A DNA stretch of 64,000 nucleotides from the NCBI GenBank assembly GCA_039621445.1, contig CP154954.1:39765816-39829815 (forward strand). Reading direction: 5' to 3'. The stretch's first letter is position 1; every line of letters begins with the position of its first letter. The translations under genes and the position numbers were made by a program. This DNA is from Euglena gracilis (taxonomy: Eukaryota). This document shows positions 1 through 11,848 of the stretch, piece after piece. Below the pieces are notes generated by a model. It was given only the letters and a program-made list of their open reading frames with translations, had not been told where the DNA came from and searched no databases.

Positions 1-920
1 CATCGGGGGGGGGGGGGTGTGGGGGGAGCCTCGGCCCCGTGGGCCCGAGGCCTTGGGTTTTTGGGCCCCGAGGTCTTCGACCTTGGGGGGTGGTTGTGGT
101 GGGTGGTGTGGGGGGTGGTGGCTTGGCGGTGTTTTTTTGGGAAGTAACATAGAGCGAATACTGAGTCTGGGGGTAAGCTCGTGGTCCAGGGTCCGCACAT
201 CCAACAATGTCCAGGTAGCGAATGATGAATGGGGGGGCAGGTAACATTGGAAGTTCACACCGCCACTCCCGAATCAAGATCCCAGGGCCACAATTCCATC
301 ATCCAGGAGGGGGCAGGTAACGTGATGTTCACACTGCCACACACACACACCTGTTATTCATCCAAATCTGCCTCCAAACCGCATCGAATCGAAGACATGG
401 GGCAGTCAACGCAAAGTCCACACCACCTCACTTGGTCATCCATTCTGCATATTTGATCCAATTCCACTGAATTGAAAATGGGGGGCAGGCAACCCTCAAA
501 TCCACACCGCCACACTCCAACCAACCCAACGACTCATCTTCAGCGACGGGCAGCCAAACCGCTCTGAGCACCCCCCCCCCCCAGGGGTGACGGGCCGTCG
601 GTCCGCCCAGAGCATCCGACGACAATCGATATCCAACACCTGGAATTTTCAGACATTCTTTCTGTGCTGACGCAGGCCATTTCGTGCACCATTGAAAGAC
701 ATTCTGAATCCTTCAATTTCTGATCGGGGATCTTGGACACTGGCTTCACAGAGGAGGGGGATCAGACTGGGAGGGGAGGGCAGGCAACGCTCGGTCCACA
801 CCGCCTCATTCCCACGTCTCCGCGAACCACTGGCACCGCTGCCGACGGTATCTCCTCCTGCGGGCCTCGGAGAGTCCACCTTCATCTTCGTTTCTCCTGC
901 GGGCTCGGGACGTTGCTCCT

Positions 921-1410
921 TCATCTGCTTGCTGGGGGCATGTCCTTCAGGGTCTCCTCCTGGAATCTTCGGTATCGGACCAAACACGCCCGGACTGGCC
1001 AACGCAATGGCCCAGTCGGCTGCATCTGGCCCGCTTGCTGGTCCCAGATCTCGAAGAACCGGATTCCTTCCTCGAAGATGATGAACTTCACTGTCATCTT
1101 CTGCAGCACTGGCCACCATGTAGTCGTACGCCACTCCGGTGCAATCAGCACCATCTCCTGCACTTGGTCCGCGATGATCTTGAGGATGACTTGGTTCATC
1201 AATGTCCATGGGGGATTGGCCCAGATCCTTTCCCATGTCCATGTCTTCGCAAATGCATTGTCCTCCTTCGTCCAGAATTTCTGCAATCTTGCATTTTCCC
1301 GTGATGCAAATGCTTCCTGCACACCTTCTCGCTGAATGTGGAACTTGTCCAGGATCAGGTCGACGAATTCCCAGCGAAAGGCTTACTCCTCCGAGATGTA
1401 CTGCCTCTTG
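921..1410 (-). pseudogene. Dam-like (N6-adenine/amino) DNA methyltransferase fragment of retroelement type
   Basis: Translation YISEE*AFRWEFVDLILDKF..VQEAFASRENARLQKFW..NAFAKTW..IWANPPW..VLIAPEW..WWP contains the (D/E)AFAS..N motif and catalytic NPPW. There is one in-frame stop near 1383. Confidence 0.8.
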
Positions 1411-2152
1411 ATCCTTTTGCCTCCTCCTCTTGGTCTTGGCTGGGTCTCTGGCTCATCTACCTCGTAGTTCTCCTCATCTGCAGCTGGCCTTGACGCCGAT
1501 CCTTCTTCTCCAGATCTGGTCTCCATCACCACATTCTTCCTCCTGAATGGCTGCAATGGTTCTTCCGCTTCTTCTGCTGCATCTGCATATCTTGGAGCTG
1601 GACTGCTGAATTCTTCTTCTTCTTCGCCATTCCACACTGTCAATGCAGATCTCCAGTCTTCTTCGTGTAATCGGACACTCCATTTGCTCCAGCTCCAATC
1701 TGTCACTTCCTGCACTTTCTGAGATTCTTCTTCCGGCCTCCAACTGACATTCATCCCTCTTGCCTTGGAATTTTGGTAATCTGATCGTTGCATTCTGGCA
1801 AGCCTGATCACTTCAGTTTTCTGGGTGTCTCTTTGGGGTAACGTTTTCTTCCTTTTGCCTCCCATCCTTGATATTTGAATGCAATGAACTTGCCAGATTG
1901 GTATGGGTGAAGTGTTCAGGCCTGGAACCACCTGCAAAGGAGGCAGTCCCATATTTAATTGAAATTAAGATCTTCCGCAAAGCAGAAGATCCCGTGCTTG
2001 GTCTTTTTGGCCCCGCCTGGCGCCACCCCCTGGATCCGCCGCCAAAAAACAACCAAGCCAAGAGCTCTCTGCGCCACACAAACTCCCCTCCCACACACCA
2101 CATATCAGACACAAACAAGCCGCGCCAGGCAAACACCCAACACACACACAGT

Positions 2153-2326
2153 CACTATATAAACCCCCCTAAATAACATACCCCGGCTGTTTTATTTTGG
2201 CCCCCGAACTGGGGGATGTGCAATTTGGGTGCGTGTGTTATTTTTACATGGAAAACCAACGGAAAACAGGGGGGGTGTTATTTGGGGGGGTTATTTGGGG
2301 GTTGTTATTTGGGGGGTTTTATACTG
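2153..2326. mobile_element. MITE-like short element with imperfect terminal inverted repeats
   Basis: Left end CACTATATAAACCCCCCTAAATAACA matches the reverse complement of the right end, CAGTATAAAACCCCCCAAATAACA. GTTATTTGGGGG occurs three times at the right end. No clear TSD. Confidence 0.45.
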
Positions 2327-2654
2327 AAGATGAGCCTCGCTCATTTTCACTAACCTCTCACCCAGACACCGAAAACCCCCTCTGTAAACCCCTCAGTATC
2401 GTATCGCTCTTAAAACCTTATATTCACAGAGACCACAGGCGACCTGTGGCGGCACAGGGATTGATGAGGAGTTTCTCCTTGTGGCGAGGGCCAAACCACA
2501 CGTTTCCCTGGGCACAGTGCACGGTCAAGAAGAAGTCCAGAAAAACCAGAAGTCCAAAAAATGAGACACGGACAACCTCTCATCCCCAGCTGTCCCCTTC
2601 GAAACTTTGTTGTAAAATTTTTCACCCACCATGGACTCCTCCAAGCAATCTCAC

Positions 2655-3140
2655 TATTTTTTGAAAAAGATGCTGCAACGAGGGAGGAAAGCTCGCCCGA
2701 TGGTCCACGTCCCGCCGACGATGTTGTCATGAGATACGACACGGATGGACCAGCGGCGATCGATGTCACCATCCGACACCCCTAGGCACCATCTCCGACG
2801 CGCCCTGGCACGGATGAGACCTGAAAGTGGCACAAGGCTCAAGAGGAGGATAAGGTGAGGAAGTATGGCGAGTGGTGCCAGCGGAGAGGCTGGACATTAA
2901 TCCCCTTCGTAGTGGACTGCTTTTGAGAGATGGGGGACGCGGCACTCACAATCGTTACCAATTCCGTTCACCTCCTTGCCGGCCAGGCGACGCGTGGGAG
3001 AGAAGGGGAGTTGAGGGCAATTGCTGGCAAGCACTCAGTAAGGTAATGGCCAGAGAGTTGGCGGGGCAACTGGTTTTGGGGGCAGTGCGTGAGGACTCGG
3101 CCGTTGGAGGCGTTGCCGAAGCTCGTCGACCGTACGCATA
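2655..3140 (+). pseudogene. CRE-like non-LTR retrotransposon, restriction-like endonuclease C-terminus (degenerate)
   Basis: RPADD..AAIDVTIRHP, then EEDKVRKYGEWC..W.LIPFVVDCF, then WQALSKVMARELAGQL. This fits the PD..D / K..KY RLE pattern. Frameshifted. Confidence 0.7.
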
Positions 3141-3559
3141 AAAAGAACAGCACGCCCGGCCCCTAACGCCCAGATATTTCTCAAAGCTGTGTATGCAAAG
3201 TTTTTCCAAGTGCCCATAGGGCCTGTCAGTACAACAAACTGAGGTGCGCTGGTGGAAACAACTGTTGCCTAAAGTGGACTTCGACTCACAAGTACGGCAG
3301 AGGACCTCTACAGCAGCCAAAGCAAGCAAGACTCTACACCAGTCACACTACCAAATTAACACGACGGAGCCGCAACGGCACCCCGAGGAGCCGCAAGGCA
3401 GGAAAGACAACAAGCTGACCTGCGGCACCTGACCATTCCCCCCATAAACCTGCCGAGATGCCGCCCACACGCCACTGGAAACCGGGATCACCGGCCCACC
3501 GGTCATCAACACCCAGACCGTAAACGGCACTGACACCCGCAACCTCCCAATTGCCTGCC

Positions 3560-4260
3560 CAACCACTCTTACTCACGTTGCCGAAGAAATCCGGAAGCTG
3601 AGCAACAACGGCCTCGCCTCGGGCTGTTACTATTGTAAAAGCTCTGCCCTATTACCTTCCGTCCCTTCACAAGCGTGCATAGACTGTTGCCTCTGTATAT
3701 AGCCTTACTGCACCAAGCTCCTCAAATCCAGTAGGCTGTTCCACTGGTCGGTGGACTCGGTTCGCCCAACCACCGTTCGGAAGGTTGCACAGCTCCCTAT
3801 GTCTTGGGCCTGCCCGCTGCCGTGGACATCCTTTCCAAGTGCGCTAACGATTGTTTGCGACACCCCTCAACGAACTTGGCCAGATTGCACCACTGCCCCA
3901 ATGGGCCAATGACAAAAACTTGATCTTCAGGCACAGTCTCCACACAATACATAACGTTGGTGGAATCAGCAGAGCATGCTTTCCCGCCAGAAAACACTTT
4001 CTGACGCATTAAATGGACCTGAAGCTATACGCTTTGCAAGCCAATGCCAACCACGTGCCGTGGCGTGGGCCGCTTTGACACCATCTCAAGGACTGCGCAC
4101 CCTTTTACCCACAGCTGAATTCCGCTGCACACTTCGTTGGTCCCTCGGAATGACCCTCACACCAATGGAATCCTATCCCAAACTCTGTCCCAAATGCTTT
4201 GCATCATCATAAATTCTCGGACACCACCTCGTTTGCTGCAAATCCTACTTCATTACCACA
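3560..4260 (+). pseudogene. CRE-like non-LTR retrotransposon, post-RT region and zinc knuckle (degenerate)
   Basis: QAVPLVGGLG near 3740, then AVAWAALTPS.GL..L...EFR..LRWSLG and CPKC....*ILGHHLVCC. Confidence 0.65.
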
Positions 4261-4321
4261 GGCAAGCTTCACAGCCTGTAAAGAAAACGACCTGAATTAC
4301 CGTTTACTGCCTGGGTACATT

Positions 4322-5026
4322 TGTGCGGGATAACCTTCTTTGCTTCTCGGCTTGTTCGAGGTCCATGTGGATTCCCTGCCACCGCATAGGATCGATTACC
4401 CTGTCCAGTTGAGTCTCAACTCCCCGGGTGGTCTTTGTTAGAAATTGTTTCATCTCCTGTTACTTGAAAAGATCTTTTCCTCTCTCGGGGTTAGTGTGGG
4501 GTGGGCCCTTGGGTGGTCTCTGGCCACAGAACGGGTATAAAAAGCAGGCAGGTCTTGCTAAAAGCAGCGAAAGGCCTTCAAATTGCGGGTCGTGGTCAGA
4601 CATTGACGCAAGGGAACAAGCGCTCCTTAGGCACACCAGCAGCAACAATTCCTGCTTCAGAATTCACTTCAGACCACAAGACCTGTACGTGAACAGAAAA
4701 TTAACTTAGAATTCAAATGAACCTTGACAAACTTGAATTGACTTCAAACTGGAACCAGATTTGCCGTTGCAAATGTATAATCAGATTGAGGAAGGACAGA
4801 ATAGTGACCGAGCCTTGTAGAAGTCAGTGTGGCCAGCCTTGTGTAAAATGTGGTCCGAGGTTAAAATTCCGTCAGGAAGGGATTATCCTTATTGTTTCGT
4901 CATTGAAACTGTAGGTCCCTGGTTAGTCTAAGTTCTCTGTTTAGTTCTGGGGCGCCTCGGTTAGCTTTTAAGGTTGGCGCCTGAGGTTAGCCAACTTGCC
5001 AGGACACTCAGCACTCCTGACTCACA
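4322..5026 (-). repeat. LTR of Gypsy family B (probably a 3' LTR), ~705 bp
   Basis: TG..CA ends (minus strand TGTGAGTCAGG...CCCGCACA). Homologous to 44791-45500, 47849-48564 and 51480-52197. Its upstream flank (AACTCCTTCTAAGGGGTG) resembles the PPT-like flank at 53237-53255. Confidence 0.75.
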
Positions 5027-5408
5027 CACCCCTTAGAAGGAGTTGTTTACAACTCTTCTCGAATCACTTAGGAAGGGATGCGGAGTGCGTTTGTTAAAAG
5101 GGGCTGGACCGCTCATGTGCTGGTCACAGGCCGGTCCACCGTCTTCCCTGCTCGAAGGGGGGAGCTGGCCTGGTGCTTGTTCTTTTTTTTAAGGGGCTGT
5201 CCCCCCCAGGTCCCTTGTCGAGTGGGGGAGGGGGCAGGCGCAAGGCGCCCATCACAGACCCCGCCCTTTTTTCAAAGGGGTAGCACCCGTTTGGGGGGTT
5301 CCGCCTGCACCTGCCAAGCGATCAGCCACCGGCCAGGTGCTAATTCTTACAAAAAATCAAGCGAAGGCTGAGTCAGGGTCTTCCGGTTAAAATCATGCAG
5401 TGGCAGGG

Positions 5409-5890
5409 TGTGAGTCAGGGGTGCTGAGTGGACAAAACAACACAACCTAACACTACCCAACCTGATGACTCCGCAGTTAGGATTATGAAAATTATATATT
5501 AGGAATTACAAATAAGCTGACTCCATCTGTCCCTGCACAGGGCTCTGTCTCTGTTTTTGTCTGTTTCAAGTTCAAGAACTGAATTATCTTGGTGGCATCA
5601 GTTATCATTCTTACCCTGGACATTACGTACCTTGGTCTGTGGATTCATTTGTACTTCATTTGTGGCTTTGCTTGCTGGATTGCTTGTGGATTTTTTTTTA
5701 AAGGAAAGGTGTGAGCCAAGGAACCCACCTGTTTTCACCCAAAAAACCCACCCAAAACAAGAAAAATGCAATTTCTGGAACAATCCGCGAGGGGAACTGA
5801 AAACACCCTGGGCAGGGTTAAAGATCCTACGCAACGGGGTTCCGGCCCCGAGGGACTGGAAACTCAAGGGCAGGTACCACGAATACAACA
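5409..5890 (+). repeat. 5' LTR of family A (482 bp)
   Basis: Starts TGTGAGTC and ends ATACAACA directly before the PBS. Its 3' part is homologous to 50840-51172, which ends at the same ATACAACA. Confidence 0.85.
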
Positions 5891-5902
5891 TGGTAGCAGA
5901 GG
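5891..5902 (+). promoter_or_regulatory. Primer-binding site, initiator tRNA-Met type
   Basis: TGGTAGCAGAGG lies immediately after the LTR terminal CA. Confidence 0.85.
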
Positions 5903-5991
5903 TAGTTTGCCCCATTTTTGATTCCCCTCCAACATGCGGCTACGAACAAGAAACTGAAAAACGACAAGAAACTGAAAAGACTGACGCTGAC

Positions 5992-8900
5992 ATGCCAGCT
6001 GCCGAAACCGCCATCGCTAGGGTGGTGGAGCCGGCGGATGGCTGTCCAGCTCTGAACCAAACACTGGATGTGCCAGCTGCCTTAACCGCCATCGCCAGGG
6101 TGGTGGAGCAGGCAGATGGTTTCCCAGCCCTGAACCAAACACTGGAAACGCCAGCTGCCTTAACCGCCATCGCTAGGGTGGTGGAGCCGGCAGATGGCGT
6201 TGCCGCCATGTACCAGTCACTGGACAGCAACAGGTGGACTGAAACTGAACAAAACGGCACAGACATTACAGTGCCACAGGCAAGCAATGACAGCCCACGT
6301 GTCATTGCCATGGTGCACATGGACCAGAACGACACTGAAAAGACCGGTCCATCACCAGACTACACTGAACTGGACGAAAACAACGAACCGTACTTTGACG
6401 AACAGGTGTTTGCACCACAAAACAGGCTCCAACTGCCAGAACAGGACACTCAGAACAACCAAAGCAGGCAAACCGCAACAGCACAGCAACCAGGAACCCA
6501 GAGTTTTGCTCTGGTGGCGGTGCGACAGAGCCCGGAACAACCTGACCGCCTCCAGGGTGAAACTGAAACTTCGTACCAGGAACCATCGTACAGCTCGTAC
6601 GAGATTCCGCAGCTGGAACCACAGAACCAGGACACTGACTGGGACTGGTGGTCGAACTTTGCTTACGAAACTGGACAGGTGACCCAGGAATTTCAACAGT
6701 TCAGACACAAAACTGAACAGACGAACCAGCAAACGGCAGAAACACGGCAGCAGCTACAGCAAAAAACGACGGAATGGGTCAGCGAACTGCACGCAACAGT
6801 CAACAGACAGGCTGAAGCACTCCTGACAGAAATCAACGGCAGACAAGAAGAACTGACAACAGTCCTCGCAACAACGCAAGCGAACATGGAACTGGTGACA
6901 GTGAACCAGAACAACCTGTACCAGGAACATTTCAACGGAATGTCACAGCAGATCGCGGAAATCAGGGAAATGTCTGGCTCAACGGGCGAAAAACTCAGGG
7001 AATTTCACAGTTTTCTGCAGATGGCTGGTGGAAATGCACAGAACCAGGGTGAACATCTGGTTGGTTTACTGCACCGACAGCGAGAAAACGAAAAAACAAC
7101 TGCAGAACTGCAACAGAGAACGGCTGTGGCATAAGAACGGGTTGCAGGAATCACAGGCGGCGTCCAAGCGGTGAACAGAAAAGTGGACGAAACTGTGGCA
7201 ACAGTTTTCAGAAAGGTTGAAAACCTCAGAGGCGAAATCAGCAGTGTGGTGGAAAGAATTCAGAAGGACATGGGCAGTGAAATCGGAAATCTAGCAGGAC
7301 GGGTTCATCAGCAGGAAACAAAAACAACAACAGCCATTCAAAACTGTGATTACCTGCACAAAAAAATGGTCGAACTGCAGAAAATACCAGATCAGCAACA
7401 GCAGATTACACAGCTGAACGAGAAAATCGGCAGACTGAAACGACAGGTGGAAAACCTGACCTCCAACGAAGAAAAACACAAGCAACGCACTGAACGACTG
7501 AACCTGGAGGTCGGCAGCCTGGGTCACAAGGTGGACGAAACAGCCCAAACGACTCAAAAACTGCTGGGTGGACTGCAGAAAGGTGCCATTAAGACGGGAA
7601 CACATGCCACAGCGGAACAAGCTAAATGGCTGGAAATGACATCTGCCACTAGCTCAATGACAACCAGGGTCGGTCAAATGGAAGCAAAACTGGCTGGTCT
7701 GACAAAAAAAACGGCAGAACGGGAATCGCATGACAACAGCATCCCGCAGCACTTACATGCTCTGACCACGGAACTGCAAACACAGCAGAAACGGTGGACA
7801 GAACAGTTGGTGACCCTGGACAGAAAACACAGCACAGTGACAAAAACGACTGAGTACCTGACCGGAAAACTGGAAAGGGAAAACACCCAGCAAATCACAA
7901 ACCCCAGCCCTAGCCTGGCTGAAATACCCAACCTTTTTGAAAATTTCAGCATTTCTTCTCGCCAAGCCTGCACAGGGGCCTTCGGGCCGGAGACAGGGGC
8001 CGGCCCCCCGACCAGTGGGCCTCCCGCGAGGACCCAGGCTGGACAGCCAGGGGAAGCCACGACAGCCCAACGAACGGAACAGCCCACCCAGGGGACAGAC
8101 AGGGCCGCGGGCCAACGGGGATCAGGGACCGCACAACCCCAGAACCTGCCGCCAGCCTCGAGGGGCCAGCCCACTGGGCAGGGACCCCACAACCCCTGGC
8201 CCAGCCACCGCCAGCCCTGAGGGGCCAGACCGTAGGAAGCCAAAGGACGGGGACCCCAGAACCCCAGGCCTGTCAAACGGGGGCGGGGACCCCACAACCC
8301 CTCACAGGTACGTTCAGCCAGAGCAGCCAGCACTGGGGTGCTGAAACACCACACCCAAAAATGGAAGGAGTAGCTGCAACACTGGGGACCGTTAACTCGG
8401 CTTCCATGGTGGGGCAGCTCATCCAGCAAAGAAATAAAGACTGCCTTGACACCTTTAATTGCCCAACTGACTCGACAAACGGAACAACGACCGACTGCAG
8501 TGCCGACCAGCCCAGCACTCCCGACGAACCCGACAAGCCCTGCACCACAGCCAACCCAGCCGACGCAGCAGAATCAACAGCCAGTGACGACACAACAAAA
8601 CCCACAGTTCCGGACTCGGGGCTTGTTCATGTGGGCAGACGAAACAGAAACTCAGAAAACAGCCACAACAACCTGGGTGGGACCCCAGGTGGGGTCTACC
8701 CAAACTGCCATCCATCACATAGGAGAGGAAACAGTGGTGGCACCGGTTGCAACGGCCCCGACGGCATCCTTCGGGCTGCTGCTGGGTCCAGTGGGCGCGG
8801 CAATGACAAAAAACCTGGTAAGACCAACACTGCAGGGGAATTTCGTAGATTTTGCCGTGAAATTTCCAATGCACCTGCAACGTGTGTCAGCCAGTCAGGG

Positions 8901-10179
8901 GTCCGTGACTGATGACCTGAAACTGTCACTGCTGGAGAGCAGCCTGGACAGTGCCAGTAAACTGGAACTACAACGCAGACAGGAACGCGGTGAGAAAATA
9001 AAATTCCAGGAATTTTGGAACTGGGTGCGCCAGAAATACGGTGGAGACACGCAATCAGCCATCAAAGACGAACTGAAAAACCTGAGACCAAAAACGGAAG
9101 GAAAACTTACACTGGAAGCGTGGAGGGAGTTTGATGCCCATTTCAAACTCCTCTACAGCAGGCTGGAAAACCCATCAGAGGAAGACGCTTACAGCCCGGT
9201 GGCTGAAAAAATGCCTGAAACACAACGCAGAAGCTGCATCAGGGAACAGGACCGCAGAAATCAGGACAGACCAACACTGAAACTGAAAGGGGTCACGAAC
9301 ATTACGATCCCAGATGCAACGACGGAAGCCGTTCGTGACCTGGTGGCAGCAACTGTGGGTACAGGTGAGAATTTTCAGGTGGCACGAGACGGACAAAACT
9401 TGAGAATCCATCTGCACAGCAGCAGAGCTGCTGAACTGCTCCTGATGAAAAACGGTTCAACGCTGCTGACTGGACACAAACCACACTTCACACAGGTGCA
9501 AGCCAGACTGACTCTGGACGAACTGTTCGAACGGGTGGAAACTGAACTCAGGTGCCAACAACAGTCAGACTCCCTAGGTAAAGGGTACAACGGCTGGCAG
9601 AACCAACCTCGTGAAAACAGATCACGGTCGATGGACCGCAGGGGTAACGTTAGGGAAGTCAAGGAGGAGGAAAAAACAAAATCCAGAAGTCGGACACCAC
9701 CTTCCAGATCCCGACCCAACTCCCCTGGACCTCGAACCACAACACCTGAAAAACCAAGACCCCCCTCTCCACGCCAGCAGGTGCCCATGGCAGTTTCAGA
9801 ACAGCCTGGCCAGGGACGATACACCAACTGGTAACACTGGAGACAGAACGACTAAGGCAAAGGCAAAGGAAAGAAGAAAGGTCAAAACTGGGGTTCAACC
9901 CAAAACTGGAACCAGAACCAGAACTTGAATCAGAATTACGGCAAGGGCTACGATTCCGGAAAGGGATACAACTCTGGGAAAGGATACGATTCTGGGAAAG
10001 GGAGCGGGAAAGGAAAAGGTACAGGGCAGCCACAGCCACAGCCAGCAGTAACGAAAACTGAACCACAGCCACAACAAACCAATTCACAGGGGCCAGCCAA
10101 CCAGCCACGGGGACAGCCAAAGGCAGAAGCAGCCTCCAGCAATCGCTGGCACCCAGTTCAAAATGCAGAACGGAAGTGA
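5992..10179 (+). pseudogene. gag: ORF1: long coiled-coil region plus Gag-like domain, interrupted by in-frame stops
   Basis: ORFs 5557-7134, 7171-8220, 8446-9834 and 9925-10179 share one frame. There is a heptad-like Q/E/L-rich region, a helical Gag-like core (FQEFWNWVRQKYG..LEAWREFDAHFKLL), an SR-rich tail and GKGY repeats. The start is uncertain. Confidence 0.7.
5995..6225 (+). repeat. 78-bp (26-aa) coding tandem repeat, about 3 copies
   Basis: PAAETAIARVVEPADGCPALNQTLDV / PAALTAIARVVEQADGFPALNQTLET / PAALTAIARVVEPADGV. Confidence 0.9.
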
Positions 10180-10413
10180 AGGGGCTGCTGCCTGAGGGTA
10201 GGGGACGAGGGTGGCGACTCTCTGCAGACACAACCGAAACAACTAGACAAAACAAGGGAACCAGGTCCAGAGCCGCAGCGGTCATACACACTGGTTAAGG
10301 GAGGTAAGAAAAAACCTCAAAAGAAAAACATCCTGACAAAAAAGCGACTCCACAGCCCAGAACCGAAAAGGGAACAGGTCAGCTGCAGGTTCGGCAGAGC
10401 GGCTTCACGGTGG

Positions 10414-11796
10414 GTGTCTGAAAACTACCACGTGAAGGAAGATAAAATGACGGAAATTCTCTCACACTTCGGAGTCCAGCCCCAGCTGGATGCCTTTGCA
10501 ACGGAAAAAAAACAAAAGATTCTCGCAATGGTGGCATCGAGCAGCCATGAGGCCACAGACGCATTTGAGAAAGACTGGCACGGAAAACTGCTGTGGATGA
10601 ACTTCCCATTCAGCAAAACTTCACAGGTGGTGAGAAAAATTCAAACAGACGAGGCCCATGCACTCCTCATGGTACCCAGATGGGTTCACAGAAAGTGGTA
10701 CGGAGAAATCAAAAAACTGGCAGTGATGTCAATGTTCATTTCAGCGAAAACAAAACTGTTCGGACAGGGTGACAAGAAAAGCAGGGAAATACCGTGGCCC
10801 GTGGAAGTGTTTTTGGTATGCGGACACAAAACACGGTGCAAGTACCTACCAGGTTTCCACAAACATTTCACCCCCCTACACCCGACATCCAAGGTGAGGT
10901 TCGGCACAGCCAACGAGTACCCGCCAGTGGAGGACCAGGTGGAGGGTGGTGAACAAAAAACCGGTTTGGCAACTGAAAAACAACAGAAACACATCAGAAA
11001 AGTGCAGGAGGCAGCCACAGCGACACCAGAACGGGCCACAGCAGAAAAACTGAAACCGAAAATGCTGGACCTGTTCTGTGGAACAAAGTCAGTCAGCAAG
11101 GTGTATGACGAAATGGGTTTCGAGGTGGTGACAGTGGATTCAGACCCCAGGTGGAAAGCGGATTACCAGGTGGACGTACTGGACTGGGACTTCAGGAAAC
11201 ATTTCAAACCTGGTGACTTTCACACGGTGGTGTGTGGGGTTCCCTGCACAGAATTCAGCATTGCCCTGACGACAAGACCCAGAAACCTGGAAAAAGGAGA
11301 CAGCCTTGCAAAGAAAGCCCTGGAAATTGTGGAATTTCCGCAGCCGCAAAAATGGTTGTTGGAAAACCCAAGGTACGGATACCTGAGAAAACGAGATGAC
11401 ATGAAACCGTACCCGTACGTTGACGTGGATTACTGTCAATACACTGACTTGGGTTACAAAAAACCAACACGAATCTGGGGCAGCCCTGACATCCTGCAGG
11501 TACCAGCAAAACGGTGTGACGGAAAAACCTGCAAAAACCTGGGCCCGAACGGTGGTGGTCACCTGGTGAAACTCAGCAACAAAACAACATCCCAGCCTTC
11601 AAAAAAATTCAGGATCCCAGACAAACTGATTCAGGACCTGGCGGGGTTCCACGAACTACGGCAAACCAGCCAAGCCCAGGCCGCGCAGCAACCACCGCTG
11701 CAGCAGCCCAGCCCTGCCCAGACTGCACGACAAAACATGCTCTCACAGCCCAGACCAGAACCCGACAGGTCAACAGCCAAACCCAGATTCAACTGA
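10414..11796 (+). CDS. Fused Dam-like amino-methyltransferase (about 10414-10860) and C5-cytosine DNA methyltransferase (about 11060-11660)
   Basis: Open 460-aa frame. N-half: LDAFAT, DAFEKDW, LLWMNFPF, LMVPRW...WY. C-half: motif I MLDLFCG (11062), motif IV GVPCTEFS (catalytic PC at 11242), motif VI LLENP (11362), DYCQY..GYKKPTRIW, terminal RIPDKL. Confidence 0.9.
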   Translation: MSENYHVKEDKMTEILSHFGVQPQLDAFATEKKQKILAMVASSSHEATDAFEKDWHGKLLWMNFPFSKTSQVVRKIQTDEAHALLMVPRWVHRKWYGEIKKLAVMSMFISAKTKLFGQGDKKSREIPWPVEVFLVCGHKTRCKYLPGFHKHFTPLHPTSKVRFGTANEYPPVEDQVEGGEQKTGLATEKQQKHIRKVQEAATATPERATAEKLKPKMLDLFCGTKSVSKVYDEMGFEVVTVDSDPRWKADYQVDVLDWDFRKHFKPGDFHTVVCGVPCTEFSIALTTRPRNLEKGDSLAKKALEIVEFPQPQKWLLENPRYGYLRKRDDMKPYPYVDVDYCQYTDLGYKKPTRIWGSPDILQVPAKRCDGKTCKNLGPNGGGHLVKLSNKTTSQPSKKFRIPDKLIQDLAGFHELRQTSQAQAAQQPPLQQPSPAQTARQNMLSQPRPEPDRSTAKPRFN

Positions 11797-11848
11797 CAAA
11801 ACAGATCCAGACCAAAACATTCGGCTTCAAAAACGACTGTGTGAACCG

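Noticed and set aside
2455-2510. Hammerhead ribozyme (TTGATGAG)
   Set aside because: No correctly placed GAAA core, and the motif is absent from the 19220 copy.
5557-5890. Hydrophobic N-terminus of the 525-aa ORF as a membrane or env-like protein
   Set aside because: It lies inside the 5' LTR, upstream of the PBS, and reflects T-rich LTR sequence.
10414-11796. Bacterial restriction-modification system or contamination
   Set aside because: It is embedded between Gag and protease in two element families, and there is no nuclease partner.
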